A DNA stretch of 64,000 bases, from assembly GCA_965248755.1 (NCBI GenBank), contig OZ252149.1, positions 96,001 through 160,000 on the forward strand. Reading direction: 5' to 3'. Made by a program: the position numbers and the translations under genes. Below the pieces are notes generated by a model. That model worked only from the letters and a program-made list of their open reading frames with translations, was not told the DNA's origin and did not search any database. The stretch is from Candidatus Latescibacterota bacterium. Its GTDB lineage: Bacteria; Latescibacterota; CBDEFO01. Positions 19,411 to 29,973 of the stretch are shown here, one piece after another (the first letter of the stretch is position 1; every line of letters starts with the position of its first letter).

Positions 19411-20334
19411 TCAATCTACTCGTGTGTGAATCCCCTCGCGTTCCAGGATGCGCACAATTTGGTCCATCAGAAAGTCGATGTATGTGCTATTTTCCTGGCT
19501 GGGCGTATAGGTCAGCGAACGACAGGTAGCATGTGCGAACAGACCGCGGCGCACCAGCAACCTCTTTTCTACCTGCAGGTACACTTCGATGTCCTGCAAG
19601 GAAAAATTGATGAAGGGCAAAAGTGTTGCAAGCAGATCGTAGGCACGCTCGTCGTCCCGGGCCTGACGCGCCTGGTAGACCCGGTCCAGCAGTTCGCAGA
19701 TGGGCACGCCCGGCATGATGCCGCAGATCCCTGCCGGTATCGCCTCCAGCATGTAGTACCCGCCCCAGCCTTCGAGGATGCCCACGCTATCGCCGACCTC
19801 TTGCCGGATGCGCACCAATTTCTCCACTATCAGGGGTTCCTCCAGCTTGACGTACCGGAAATTGGGGTGCTGTCTATGGAGTTCCTGTATGAAGTCAGCC
19901 CCGATGGTCGGCCCTCCCGGATTGAAGTCCTGGATCAGGATGGGGCACGATACAGCGTCCGCGATATGACCGCAGAAACGAAGCAGGTCCGCATCTGTAG
20001 TTCTGAACTGCCGGGGCAGGGCAAAGCTGATCACGTCCGCCCCCATGGCTTCGTAGTGCCGGGCCAGTTTTGCAGCTATCCTGGAGGAGCCGTGATTGGC
20101 CTGCGCGATCATCGGGATACGCTTGGCGTTTACCTCGATGGCAATGCCGATCACCTGCTCGCGTTCGGCCTCGGAAAGTTTATAGAACTCACTGCCGTAG
20201 GCCGGCAAGCACATCGCCGCCATCTTCTGCCCGGCTGTGAACTCAACCGTTTTTCGAAGAGATACCTCGTCAATTGTCTCATCTGGCTGGAAGGGTATCG
20301 GGACAACAGGAACGACACCGTTAATCTCAACCAT
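19411..20334 (-). CDS. Dihydrodipicolinate synthase-family aldolase/lyase
   Basis: GVVPVVPIPF, GSEFYKLS, ILIQD, YVKLEE motifs. Confidence 0.87.
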   Translation of the reverse strand: MVEINGVVPVVPIPFQPDETIDEVSLRKTVEFTAGQKMAAMCLPAYGSEFYKLSEAEREQVIGIAIEVNAKRIPMIAQANHGSSRIAAKLARHYEAMGADVISFALPRQFRTTDADLLRFCGHIADAVSCPILIQDFNPGGPTIGADFIQELHRQHPNFRYVKLEEPLIVEKLVRIRQEVGDSVGILEGWGGYYMLEAIPAGICGIMPGVPICELLDRVYQARQARDDERAYDLLATLLPFINFSLQDIEVYLQVEKRLLVRRGLFAHATCRSLTYTPSQENSTYIDFLMDQIVRILEREGIHTRVD

Positions 20335-20522
20335 ATTCTGACCTCACTTTTTAAAAGGGACATTTGTAAAGAAACGTGGTGATGACAAGTTAGCGGAAAA
20401 AGTGTAGCCCAGATGGCAGCATTGGGCAGCATTGGCTTGTAGAAATTCGGCGGTCAAGCAAGCTTGTTATAGGCGAAGCCCTAAGTGAAACCCTGAGCTA
20501 ACCCCTAATCATAGCCTAAATT

Positions 20523-20865
20523 TTAAGGCGGGGCATACTCGACGTAGCGCAGGACAGAATGGTCGGTCACACTCTCCTTCCAGATCGTGCGATACTTCGA
20601 TCCTTCTCCACTTAGGAGCCACTGTCGAAAATCTTCGGCCCCTATTTCGCTCTCCCAAAATGCTTCGTTGATGTACTTAGGACGCTTCTTCTCCTTCTTA
20701 CTTTTTCCGTAAGGGTCCTCCAAATCAATCCAGAAATACCCAGCTTTTTCGCTCAATACAGCCAAATTCTTTCGCCTTCTGAAAGAGCGTTGCGTCCAGC
20801 CAGCTTAAGAAAGTCTCTTAATTTTCGCCAGATTTCAGATCGAAGATATGAACAAGACGTAACAT
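20523..20865 (-). pseudogene. Disrupted small hypothetical gene (possible dimeric alpha+beta barrel)
   Basis: MLRLVHIFDLKSGEN-stop-ETFLSWLD...KEFGCIERKSWV joins ...PKYINEAFWESE... only through a stop and frameshifts. Confidence 0.45.
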
Positions 20866-20937
20866 GATGCGCCCTTCTACAGATAAGAGCCAAGTAGACG
20901 TGATATAGGGCATGAAATGATCTGTCTACCGACGTTA

Positions 20938-21285
20938 CTACATCCTCCAGAGCGTATAGCCTGCCACAAGTGTTACAAAGATCGCACCCCCATAAGAAAG
21001 AATCGCGATGAGTTTATTCAAATGCTTAAGTTGCAAGGCATCGTAGAGTGTGAACTTGAAACGATGTGCCCAGTGAAAAAGAGAAGTGGATATGAGAACA
21101 AAGAGAAAAATGCGGCTCAGAGGGTGCTTCACAAGAGTCAACAACTCTTCATAAGATGGCGCCTGGATCCATTCCAAAGGGATAGCCAGACCATTCAGGA
21201 AAAGTAGAACCGGTATGAAGATAGCGGAAATCATGCCGCCTGCGCCAAAGAGCGCCCACCAGAAAGGTTCAAAAGGTTTCTTCAT
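20938..21285 (-). CDS. frdD: Fumarate reductase membrane anchor subunit D
   Basis: EPFWWALFGAGGM and FHWAHR motifs, three TM helices. Confidence 0.9.
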   Translation of the reverse strand: MKKPFEPFWWALFGAGGMISAIFIPVLLFLNGLAIPLEWIQAPSYEELLTLVKHPLSRIFLFVLISTSLFHWAHRFKFTLYDALQLKHLNKLIAILSYGGAIFVTLVAGYTLWRM

Positions 21286-21406
21286 GAGAATGTTCCCGTG
21301 TTTACCTATTTCCCCGGAAGTTCTTCAGCCACTTGGTGGATCGTCGTCCGTTCGTGCCTCCTGAGAAATGCACTGAAGTGCGCACGCGGCCCTCTGCACG
21401 ATCCTT

Positions 21407-21829
21407 TTAAGTAGTCAACATTAGCCACACGATCACTGTAGAAAAAACTCCCCATACGATATAGTTCAACACTACAATAACAGTGCCCGGAACGCGTTTT
21501 CTGCCGAGATGGAGCACGAGAGCTTTCGGCGCAAGATTAAACCAGGTGACACTGTGGAAGACCACAAACAGAAAGGCAACTATGTGCAGCGCGATGGAGA
21601 CCGGCGTCTTGAGCCAAGCTGTGAAGATTTCGTAGGCCTCTGGCCCCTGGGTCAATGCCCTAATTTGAAAGAGACAGACGAGCGCATAAAATCCAACAAA
21701 TACGCTGGTTAGTTCCCTCAGTATGAATCTTAAATACGCCCAGTTGCGGACCCACCAAAGGATCGGTATGCGGGCGCGATACCACTTGGGATGATACTTG
21801 ATATATTGCGGATTCTGAGGCATCGCCAT
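21407..21829 (-). CDS. frdC: Fumarate reductase membrane anchor subunit C
   Basis: WW...RELTS and FHSVTWFNLAPKA motifs. Confidence 0.9.
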   Translation of the reverse strand: MAMPQNPQYIKYHPKWYRARIPILWWVRNWAYLRFILRELTSVFVGFYALVCLFQIRALTQGPEAYEIFTAWLKTPVSIALHIVAFLFVVFHSVTWFNLAPKALVLHLGRKRVPGTVIVVLNYIVWGVFSTVIVWLMLTT

Positions 21830-22013
21830 CTTTGCTCCAATTCTTCCCCAAAGAGTTCTTCGCCCACTGCTTACTTCGTGCCTGCTACATCGTCAAGAAA
21901 GTGGCCATGCAGGCCTCTAACTGCTCTGCTGATACCTGGTTCGCTCTACAAAAGCGCACTAAAGTGCCCACTCCGCCTTTCCAGCTGGATTATGGCCCTG
22001 ATTCGAGCCGCTA

Positions 22014-22757
22014 TCATCGGTCTGCCCAGGGTAGCAGCATAGATTTGAACCAATCTACCGTACTGGACACTTTGTATCGCTGAATCGCAGCCGCTGGATC
22101 TACATCCTTGGGGCAAACCACAGAGCACTCCCCCACTAAAGTACACTGCCAGATGCCTTCCTCCTGTGAAAGCACTGGGAGCCTCTGCTCTTTCCCCTGA
22201 TCCCGGTTGTCTAAATCGTAGCGCTGCGCCAGCGCTATGGCCGCCGGACCGATGAAACTCGACTCCAGGCCGTAAACCGGACAGGCTGAGTAGCATAGCA
22301 TACAGTTGATGCACATGCTGAATTGCTTGTATTCGGCAAGCTGGTCAGGAGACTGAAGGTATTCTCCTTCTGAAAGCTCTTTGTCTTGTTCTCGAATGAT
22401 CCATGGCTTTACGCGTTTCAATTTCCCCATGAAATCACTCATCTCGATGACAAGGTCTCTGACGACGGGGAAATTGGAGAGCGGCTCCACACGGATAGGA
22501 CCCGGAAGATACTTTTCCATGAAAATTGCACAGGTGAGGACAGGTACCCCGTTGACCATCATTCCGCAACTGCCGCAGACCCCCATTCGGCATGCCCAGC
22601 GGTACGATAAAGTCCCGTCTATATTGTCCTTGATGTAATTCAGCGCATCCAGGATAACCCAATCTTCTCGAAAAGGAACTTCGTAGCTCTGGTAGACAGG
22701 CTCTGATTCCTCTTCAGGGCGATAGCGAAAAATGTCTAATGTAATGTTGGTTGCCAT
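22014..22757 (-). CDS. frdB: Fumarate reductase/succinate dehydrogenase iron-sulfur subunit
   Basis: [33 protein letters not shown] cluster motifs. Confidence 0.95.
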   Translation of the reverse strand: MATNITLDIFRYRPEEESEPVYQSYEVPFREDWVILDALNYIKDNIDGTLSYRWACRMGVCGSCGMMVNGVPVLTCAIFMEKYLPGPIRVEPLSNFPVVRDLVIEMSDFMGKLKRVKPWIIREQDKELSEGEYLQSPDQLAEYKQFSMCINCMLCYSACPVYGLESSFIGPAAIALAQRYDLDNRDQGKEQRLPVLSQEEGIWQCTLVGECSVVCPKDVDPAAAIQRYKVSSTVDWFKSMLLPWADR

Positions 22758-22829
22758 AAGACCTCGTAAGGTGTTATTGTGCAGCTACTATTAGACTTGA
22801 CACATCAGTCATAAACTTTAGCCGAATGA

Positions 22830-23230
22830 TTAGCGTTTTTCGCCGGGTTTGTAGGGACGCAGCGCGAATGCCGAGCACGTCTTATTTACAGAGACCAAAT
22901 TCACCCACTTCAAATCCTCCTCTTCAATTGTATTCCACCCCTTATCGCGGGTCAAGTCAGTCTGAAGCTTTGAAGCCCCTTTCGGGAATGAAATCCACAG
23001 CAGGCTGTCTGGCTTCAGCGCACGGACAACTTGGGCCTCAGCTTATCCAACTCGGCCTTGTTCTTCACAAAGATCTGCACCCAATCAAATTTGCTCTCCA
23101 ATTTTTCCGCTACTTCGACTCCAGCGGGCAGGGGACCAAGTTCCTTCATGTAACCATCCGGTGCATTGATGATGGCGCCGTGAAGGCCGGGCTTGAGTTT
23201 CATTTTCTTTGTAAGCGAGCTCTCTGCCAT
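22830..23230 (-). pseudogene. DUF3052-like hypothetical gene with one frameshift near 23030
   Basis: MAESSLTKKMKLKPG...ELDKLRP continues after a 1-nt shift as VVRALKPDSLLWISFPKGASKLQTDLTRDKGW...SAFALRPYKPGEKR-stop. Confidence 0.7.
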
Positions 23231-23357
23231 ATCCTCTCCGCTTCTCTTGTGCTTTGGTCAGGATACTTAACCTTTAAATCAATGATTCAACTTACTCGAA
23301 AGAACGAGCTTACATGTCATTTGTTAATTAAATGGTTTAACCATCATAGCACACTAC

Positions 23358-25100
23358 CTACTTCCCATAAACCCGCTCTCCCGGCGGCCAGCGGGTTATA
23401 GTCACCGGCAAATAATCTATTCGAGGCGGGCCGGTTTCGTCTCTGTACGCCAAACTGTGCACCAGGAACTTCTCATCGTCTCGCTCTGGATGATCCGTGC
23501 GCTGATGTGAACCCCGAGACTCCGTTCTTTGCAACGCGGATTGCACTATAGTCTCGGCAACATCCAGCATATACGAAAGTTCGATGGCAGAGATGAGTTC
23601 AGTGTTGAAGGTGTAGCTTTTATCGGCAAGCGAAATATTGAAAAATCTTTCTTGGAGATCCCTTATGATTTCTTCTGATTTCTTCAAGGAGGCTCGATCG
23701 CGATAGATACCGGCGCCCTCTTCCATCGCACGGTTCATTTCACTTCGAAGCAAAGCGATAGACTCGCCTCCTCCTTCATTTTTGAAAAACTGTCTCTCAA
23801 TCCGTCTTTCCTCATCTGTTGCAAGCGCCTCTACACTCAAGCTGCATTCCTTCTGATCCGATGCAAAGGTGGCGGCCGCCTTGCCTGCCCTGACGCCAAA
23901 GACCAACAACTCCGTAAGAGAATTGGAACCCAGACGATTCGCTCCGTTGATGTTGACGCATGCCACCTCACCTGCCGCATACAAACCTTCAAGCAGGGTC
24001 GCCCCCTGAATGTCCGTATGGATGCCGCCCATCATATAATGCACCACGGGCCGCACCGGAATCATCTCTACCAACGGATCAAGATTGACATATTTAAGAC
24101 AGAGTTCACGGACAAAGGGTAGTTTAGTATTGACTACCTCCTGGCCCAGATGGCGAATATCCAGATGGACATACGGACCGTATACCCCTTCGAGTGTCCG
24201 TCCTTTTTCCTGCTCTTTGACAAAGGCCTGAGACAGCCGGTCGCGAGGCCCCAACTCCATGGAGCGTAGAACCGGTTTGGGTTGCGGTGTCCCAAGATTG
24301 TAATCCTGCAAGTAGCGATAACCATCTTTGTTGAGCAACAATCCACCTTCGGCGCGAGTGGCTTCAGTAATGAGAATGCCCGTAAATGGCAGTCCAGTAG
24401 GATGGTACTGAACGAACTCCATGTCCTTCAGCGGCACGCCGGCGCGAAAGGCAAGCGCCATGCCATCACCAGTCTTTATGCTGGCATTGGTAGTAAATGG
24501 AAAGACCCTTCCGCACCCGCCGGTGCACATGATAACAGCTTTGGCAGCAATAGCCTGGATCTTTCCAGTTGCAAGCTCGATAGCGACGGCACCCTGACAG
24601 CGCCCATCATCTAAAAGCAGTTTGGTTACAAACCATTCATCATATCTTTGAATAGGGTTGTATTTCAGCGACGTTTGAAACAGAGTGTGGAGCATGTGAA
24701 AGCCGGTTTTATCCGCCGCAAACCAGGTGCGTTCGATCTTCATGCCGCCAAAAGGACGCACGGCAATGGTTCCATCTTTCTCCCGGCTCCAGGGACAGCC
24801 CCAATGCTCAAGTTGTAACATTTCCTCCAACGCTTCTTCGACAAAAACCTCTACGGCATCCTGATCACAGAGCCAATCACCTCCTGAGACCGTATCGTAG
24901 GCGTGATCCTCAAAGCTATCGTTGGGCTTAATGACTGCCGCAGATCCCCCCTCCGCGGCTACCGTATGGCTACGCATAGGATAAACCTTCGAGATGACAG
25001 CGATGCTTAATTTTGGATCGGTCTCTGCAACAGCAATTGCAGCGCGCAGACCAGCCCCACCGCCGCCAATGATGAGAACGTCATGGGAGAGAATGTCCAT
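23358..25100 (-). CDS. frdA: Fumarate reductase flavoprotein subunit
   Basis: [20 protein letters not shown] (covalent FAD His), [28 protein letters not shown] motifs. Confidence 0.95.
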   Translation of the reverse strand: MDILSHDVLIIGGGGAGLRAAIAVAETDPKLSIAVISKVYPMRSHTVAAEGGSAAVIKPNDSFEDHAYDTVSGGDWLCDQDAVEVFVEEALEEMLQLEHWGCPWSREKDGTIAVRPFGGMKIERTWFAADKTGFHMLHTLFQTSLKYNPIQRYDEWFVTKLLLDDGRCQGAVAIELATGKIQAIAAKAVIMCTGGCGRVFPFTTNASIKTGDGMALAFRAGVPLKDMEFVQYHPTGLPFTGILITEATRAEGGLLLNKDGYRYLQDYNLGTPQPKPVLRSMELGPRDRLSQAFVKEQEKGRTLEGVYGPYVHLDIRHLGQEVVNTKLPFVRELCLKYVNLDPLVEMIPVRPVVHYMMGGIHTDIQGATLLEGLYAAGEVACVNINGANRLGSNSLTELLVFGVRAGKAAATFASDQKECSLSVEALATDEERRIERQFFKNEGGGESIALLRSEMNRAMEEGAGIYRDRASLKKSEEIIRDLQERFFNISLADKSYTFNTELISAIELSYMLDVAETIVQSALQRTESRGSHQRTDHPERDDEKFLVHSLAYRDETGPPRIDYLPVTITRWPPGERVYGK

Positions 25101-25723
25101 TGATTTTTCTTGTTTAAGGCCGCAACTTTATAGGCCTTTTCCTAAAAAAGTCTTTTAATACGAACTATCAAGAATCTGCTTTCGCCATATCTCATGTGAA
25201 GTTAATAGTAAGAATTTTCTTTCATGGTGTCAAGTACAATAAATAATTACAAGAAGAGTAAAGGTTTCCTCTGTAGATTTAACGACCTCAAATTTGTGAT
25301 TTGGAAAGGTAAAGTTCAAGTTTCGTTAAGAGATAATAGTGTGGCTCAACCTATGTATCCGTGGGGGCAAGTGCTTTGCTGCCTTCACCTCGTCCTTCCC
25401 GACGAAGCGCCCAAGTCGCCTCACCCCAAGGGAGAGTAACCCCGACCTTACATTTAAGCTGAGTTGCTTATTTTAGGACCCGGCGGGTGCGTACTCATGT
25501 GGCAGTGGACAGGAAGGTCTGGCAACGAGCCACAACATGGGAGGCACGGCTGCTTTTTGGGGAATGTAGGCAGCAAGCCACAAAGTGGTTCGCCCGCATT
25601 TTCAGTACAGAAATACGTCCCTGATAGAAGCAATCGGGGACTGCCCCTACAGAGGCTCGATGTACACCAGATTCTTGAAGAATGCAATCTTCCCGAATGA
25701 GAGGACTTCATAACGAAAATTTG

Positions 25724-25752
25724 TTGACATACAGGTTCTCTGGAACTAAATT
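25724..25752 (+). promoter_or_regulatory. Putative sigma70 promoter for the P-II gene
   Basis: TTGACA-17 bp-TAAATT. Confidence 0.55.
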
Positions 25753-25814
25753 AATTCTGGACTACAACTATAATTATCAGAACCATACTAACCCTATATA
25801 CTGGGGAAGGTTGA

Positions 25815-26159
<345 letters not shown>

Positions 26160-26276
26160 CTTTCGCACACAAATTGCCACAAAGATGGTGGCGGTAGGTC
26201 AGACATTCCTTTCTGACATGGGCGAGGAAACCTCGCCCCCACATTGTGGTATCTGCTTTTTGCTTTTCCCTGACTA

Positions 26277-28736
26277 TTGTCTACTGTTTTGAGAGGAGTT
26301 GATAGCTGTTTGCCGTTTTGGACTCTCATAGCGCTAATAATTCTCCTTTCAAAACCTTTGATGTATGAATCGACCTGCGCTCAAGGATACATGTCCCCGA
26401 TTGAATCTATCGCGGATGATGCAAGAAAGGTCGAAAAAGTGAGTAAGGGGTTATCAACTGATGTCCAATACTCTGCAAGGGACAGCGTCCTCTACGACAT
26501 AGAAAGAGGCGTAATATATCTTATGGGTAATGCCAAGGTAAATTACGGAAAAATGGAGCTTTCTGCCGAGAGGATCACTTATTATGTGAACGATCAGTCC
26601 ATCCAGGCAAAGGGGGTCCAGGATTCGACCGGAAAGATGGTAGGGACCCCAGTCTTCAGGGACGGGAGTGAGACATTCGGCGGTCTGGAGATAACGTACA
26701 ATCTGAAAACGGAAAGGGGCACGATCATTCAGGGTAATACGGAGTTTCAAAAGGGATTCTATCTGGGACAGAAGATAAGGAAGGTAGCGCCCAAGGTGCT
26801 TAATGTGGATAGCGGTAAATTCACCACGTGCGATCTGGTTGTGGGGGATAAAGAGCCCCATTACGACTTCTACAGCAGTAAGATGAAGATAATAGAAGAC
26901 GATAAGGTCATAGTCAAGCCAGTGATATTCAGGATAGACGGCGTACCGATTATGTGGTTTCCCTTTCTCATATTTCCCATAAAGAAGGGTAGGCATTCGG
27001 GAATTACCACCCCCAGTTACGAGAGCAATAGTCTGGATGGCAGGCTTGTAAAGAATTTAGGATATTACTGGGCGGCAAACCAATACTGGGACACTACCTT
27101 CAGGAGCACCTTCAGGGAGAAAACGGGCTTATTTCTTGAGGCGGATCTAAGATACGCCCTTAGATACCACTTCAAAGGATCACTCAACCTCGACTTTGAA
27201 AACAGGACCAGAAGTGGCAAGACCACAACAAGAGAATGGAGGCTGAACTTCCAGCACTCACAGCCTATAGGCAGGACAATGAGCCTGAGGGGGAGCGGAA
27301 GCTTTGTCAGCAACAGGAATTTCAACAGTGAAAACAGTCATAATCTCTTCGACAGATTGCAACGAACGCTGAGATCCCATATTACGTTCAATAAAAGATG
27401 GAGGACCTCCGGAAACAGCGTAGAGATCAGGATGAGGCACGAGAAGAACCTGACAACGTCCGAGACGATCTTTGAGGCTCCGACTGTATCGTTCAGGAAA
27501 AATAGGAAGCCCATATTTGGGAGAGATAATGAGCGTTCAAGGAGTTTTAAGTCGAACGATCAGGACTCAGATCGCCCCAGATGGTACAATTCGATCTTCT
27601 ATTCCTACAGCGGTAACATAAACAATACGAGGAGAAAAAGGCTGAATACGTTTCGGACAGATCACAGACTGAACATCACAAGTCAGCAGAAGCTCCTACG
27701 GTGGCTCAGCGTAACGCCCAATTTCAGTACGAGACAAAGGTGGACAAGAAGCCCGGACGGACTTTATACCAGGAGTGAGTCGTACTCGACTTCCGCATCT
27801 TCTAACACCACATTCTACGGACTCTTCAATATAAGCATAGGGAGGCTCAAGGCAGTAAGGCACGTAGCCAAGCCGAGTCTTTCGTTGAGCTACTCCAGAA
27901 TCGTAACCGATACGACTTTTACAGCAACAGGAGGCAGATTCGGCTTTGGCGGAAAAAGAAACGTGGGCGATCCCAGAAAGACCCTGAGCATGCGGTTAGG
28001 GAATATACTCCAGGCCAAGACCGAAAAGGAGGGAAGGGAGAGAAACTTCGCTCTTATAACCTACGACCTTGCGACCAGCTACGACTTCGTAGAAGAAAGA
28101 CTTAGAGACTTAAGCACATCTCTTTCTATCAAACCTGTCAGGAGATTCGACGTCCGTATGAGGGCTACGTACGATTTCTACCCCGATGACCGACGGGATC
28201 TCTTTTTGCCCGATCTGAAGCGCCTGAGTGTAACTTCGGTTTTGAGGCTGAATGGTGGAGGAAGAAGGAAGACGAAGGAGAGAAAAGACGCCGAGGAATT
28301 TGATTCGAGCATGAGCGATGCTCTGATAGCCCCTCGCTACGGCGTCAACTCCACAGGGGCCACGTTTGAGGATAATTTCGACGAAACCTTTCTGGAAGGA
28401 GGCAGACCCTGGCGCCTCAACTTTTCCCACACGTACTCAATAAACAGGAGATCGTTCTTCACGTCCAAAACATCGTGGTTGAAAGGCTCTACAAGCTTAA
28501 ATCTGACCCGCAACTGGCGCATGGACTACTCGTTTAACATCAATTTAAACCCTGACCCCGGGGAGGACAGGATCACAGGACAGAGCTATTCGTTTTACAG
28601 AGACCTTCACGGTTGGGAGGCGAGGTTCCGCTGGACACCCTCCGGCGTGAGAAACGGGTACTTCTTCAAGATAAATATCAAGGAGCTTCCACAGGTCAAA
28701 TTCGAAAGGAGACAGGGGGTGGGAAGGTTCCAATGA
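26277..28736 (+). CDS. lptD: LPS-assembly protein LptD-like outer-membrane protein
   Basis: OstA-like N-terminal jellyroll (YSARDS, LMGNAKVNY, FTTCD, PHY), GYYWA and C-terminal FYRDLHGWE motif. Confidence 0.8.
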   Translation: MSTVLRGVDSCLPFWTLIALIILLSKPLMYESTCAQGYMSPIESIADDARKVEKVSKGLSTDVQYSARDSVLYDIERGVIYLMGNAKVNYGKMELSAERITYYVNDQSIQAKGVQDSTGKMVGTPVFRDGSETFGGLEITYNLKTERGTIIQGNTEFQKGFYLGQKIRKVAPKVLNVDSGKFTTCDLVVGDKEPHYDFYSSKMKIIEDDKVIVKPVIFRIDGVPIMWFPFLIFPIKKGRHSGITTPSYESNSLDGRLVKNLGYYWAANQYWDTTFRSTFREKTGLFLEADLRYALRYHFKGSLNLDFENRTRSGKTTTREWRLNFQHSQPIGRTMSLRGSGSFVSNRNFNSENSHNLFDRLQRTLRSHITFNKRWRTSGNSVEIRMRHEKNLTTSETIFEAPTVSFRKNRKPIFGRDNERSRSFKSNDQDSDRPRWYNSIFYSYSGNINNTRRKRLNTFRTDHRLNITSQQKLLRWLSVTPNFSTRQRWTRSPDGLYTRSESYSTSASSNTTFYGLFNISIGRLKAVRHVAKPSLSLSYSRIVTDTTFTATGGRFGFGGKRNVGDPRKTLSMRLGNILQAKTEKEGRERNFALITYDLATSYDFVEERLRDLSTSLSIKPVRRFDVRMRATYDFYPDDRRDLFLPDLKRLSVTSVLRLNGGGRRKTKERKDAEEFDSSMSDALIAPRYGVNSTGATFEDNFDETFLEGGRPWRLNFSHTYSINRRSFFTSKTSWLKGSTSLNLTRNWRMDYSFNINLNPDPGEDRITGQSYSFYRDLHGWEARFRWTPSGVRNGYFFKINIKELPQVKFERRQGVGRFQ

Positions 28737-29176
28737 AAGTTTTAGTACAGAGGGTCCAAAGGGCAGCCGTCTCGATAGATGGAAACGTGGCATCCAAGAT
28801 CGGTAAGGGACTGGTCCTTTTGGTTGGTGTAGGAATGGAAGATGACATAGAAGATGTCCATTTTGCAGCGGAAAAATGCTCGAACTTAAGGATATTCGAG
28901 GACGATGATGGGAAAATGAACCTCTCTGTTCTGGACATCGGTGGTGAACTCTTGGTTATCTCACAGTTCACACTCTACGCGGACACGAAGAAGGGCAGGA
29001 GACCTAACTTCACGGATGCGGCTCCTTCCCAGAAGGCGTCACAGCTATACAATATATTCGTGGACATTCTTAAGGAGAGGGACCTTAAGGTGAAGACAGG
29101 AGTCTTCGGGGAAAGGATGTTAGTGGAGATACTCAACGACGGGCCTGTGACACTTATGGTGGAAAGCTCCAAGTAA
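28733..29176 (+). CDS. dtd: D-aminoacyl-tRNA deacylase
   Basis: MKVLVQRV, LRIFED, SQFTL, NDGPVT motifs; ATGA overlap with lptD. Confidence 0.95.
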   Translation: MKVLVQRVQRAAVSIDGNVASKIGKGLVLLVGVGMEDDIEDVHFAAEKCSNLRIFEDDDGKMNLSVLDIGGELLVISQFTLYADTKKGRRPNFTDAAPSQKASQLYNIFVDILKERDLKVKTGVFGERMLVEILNDGPVTLMVESSK

Positions 29177-29367
29177 GTAAACAGCAAACAGTAGCCCCCG
29201 ATAGATTCAATCGGGGGCAGACAGGGAAAGACAGACATGAGTAGAAATTCGGAGAGGCGAACCCGTGTGTTCGCACAGCAGATAGAGAGATTGCTTCGGC
29301 GCTTTGAGCCCTTTGCAATGACTTAAGCTCGAAGCCATCCAATCTTGTGGACCGGGAAAGAGACAAA

Positions 29368-29973
29368 ATGAGTCAAAAGGTGGTGCCACCACTCCGTATA
29401 GATAAGATAGTTCTGGCTTCAGAATCTCCTCGCCGCGCAGAGCTCCTTAAATTGGCAGGTATCCCCTTTAGTGTTCTTCCGAGCGGAATCTCCGAAGATG
29501 AAAAAGTCTTTGATGACCCTGTAGAGCACGTTTTAGAGCTTTCTCGACGGAAGGCGCAGAATGTAGCGCTAAAGGTAGCAGGAGGCCTTATCCTGGGGGC
29601 CGATACTATCGTCGTCCTGGAGGGAAGCACAATCGGAAAACCTCAAAACCGTGGTGAAGCGGCGGATATACTCTCCCGACTCTCGGGAAACGAGCATCGG
29701 GTATTCACAGGAATGACACTTTTAGATACGGACAAGAACAAATGTGTTTCGGACGTTGTCATCACGTCAGTCAGGATGAGAAAGATGTCAACGGATGAGA
29801 TAAGGAAATATATAGATACGAGGGAACCCATGGACAAAGCGGGAGCCTACGGCATTCAGGGAAAAGGCTCCGTGTTCATCGAAAGCGTCTGCGGCTGTTA
29901 TTACAACGTCATGGGTCTGCCTATCTCCAAGTTAGTCCTGATGCTCAGGAAGATGGGCTACGAAATATGGTGA
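29368..29973 (+). CDS. maf: Maf-family nucleoside triphosphate pyrophosphatase
   Basis: LASESPRR, GADTIV, DKAGAYGIQG, NVMGLP motifs. Confidence 0.93.
   Translation: MSQKVVPPLRIDKIVLASESPRRAELLKLAGIPFSVLPSGISEDEKVFDDPVEHVLELSRRKAQNVALKVAGGLILGADTIVVLEGSTIGKPQNRGEAADILSRLSGNEHRVFTGMTLLDTDKNKCVSDVVITSVRMRKMSTDEIRKYIDTREPMDKAGAYGIQGKGSVFIESVCGCYYNVMGLPISKLVLMLRKMGYEIW

Noticed and set aside
19426..20382. 318-aa plus-strand ORF
   Set aside because: Antisense shadow of the DHDPS-like gene with no recognisable motifs; the same applies to 7087-7905, 13253-14032 and 55890-56882.
22826..23401. 191-aa plus-strand ORF inside the frd operon
   Set aside because: Antisense to the frameshifted DUF3052-like gene, which has the recognisable motifs.
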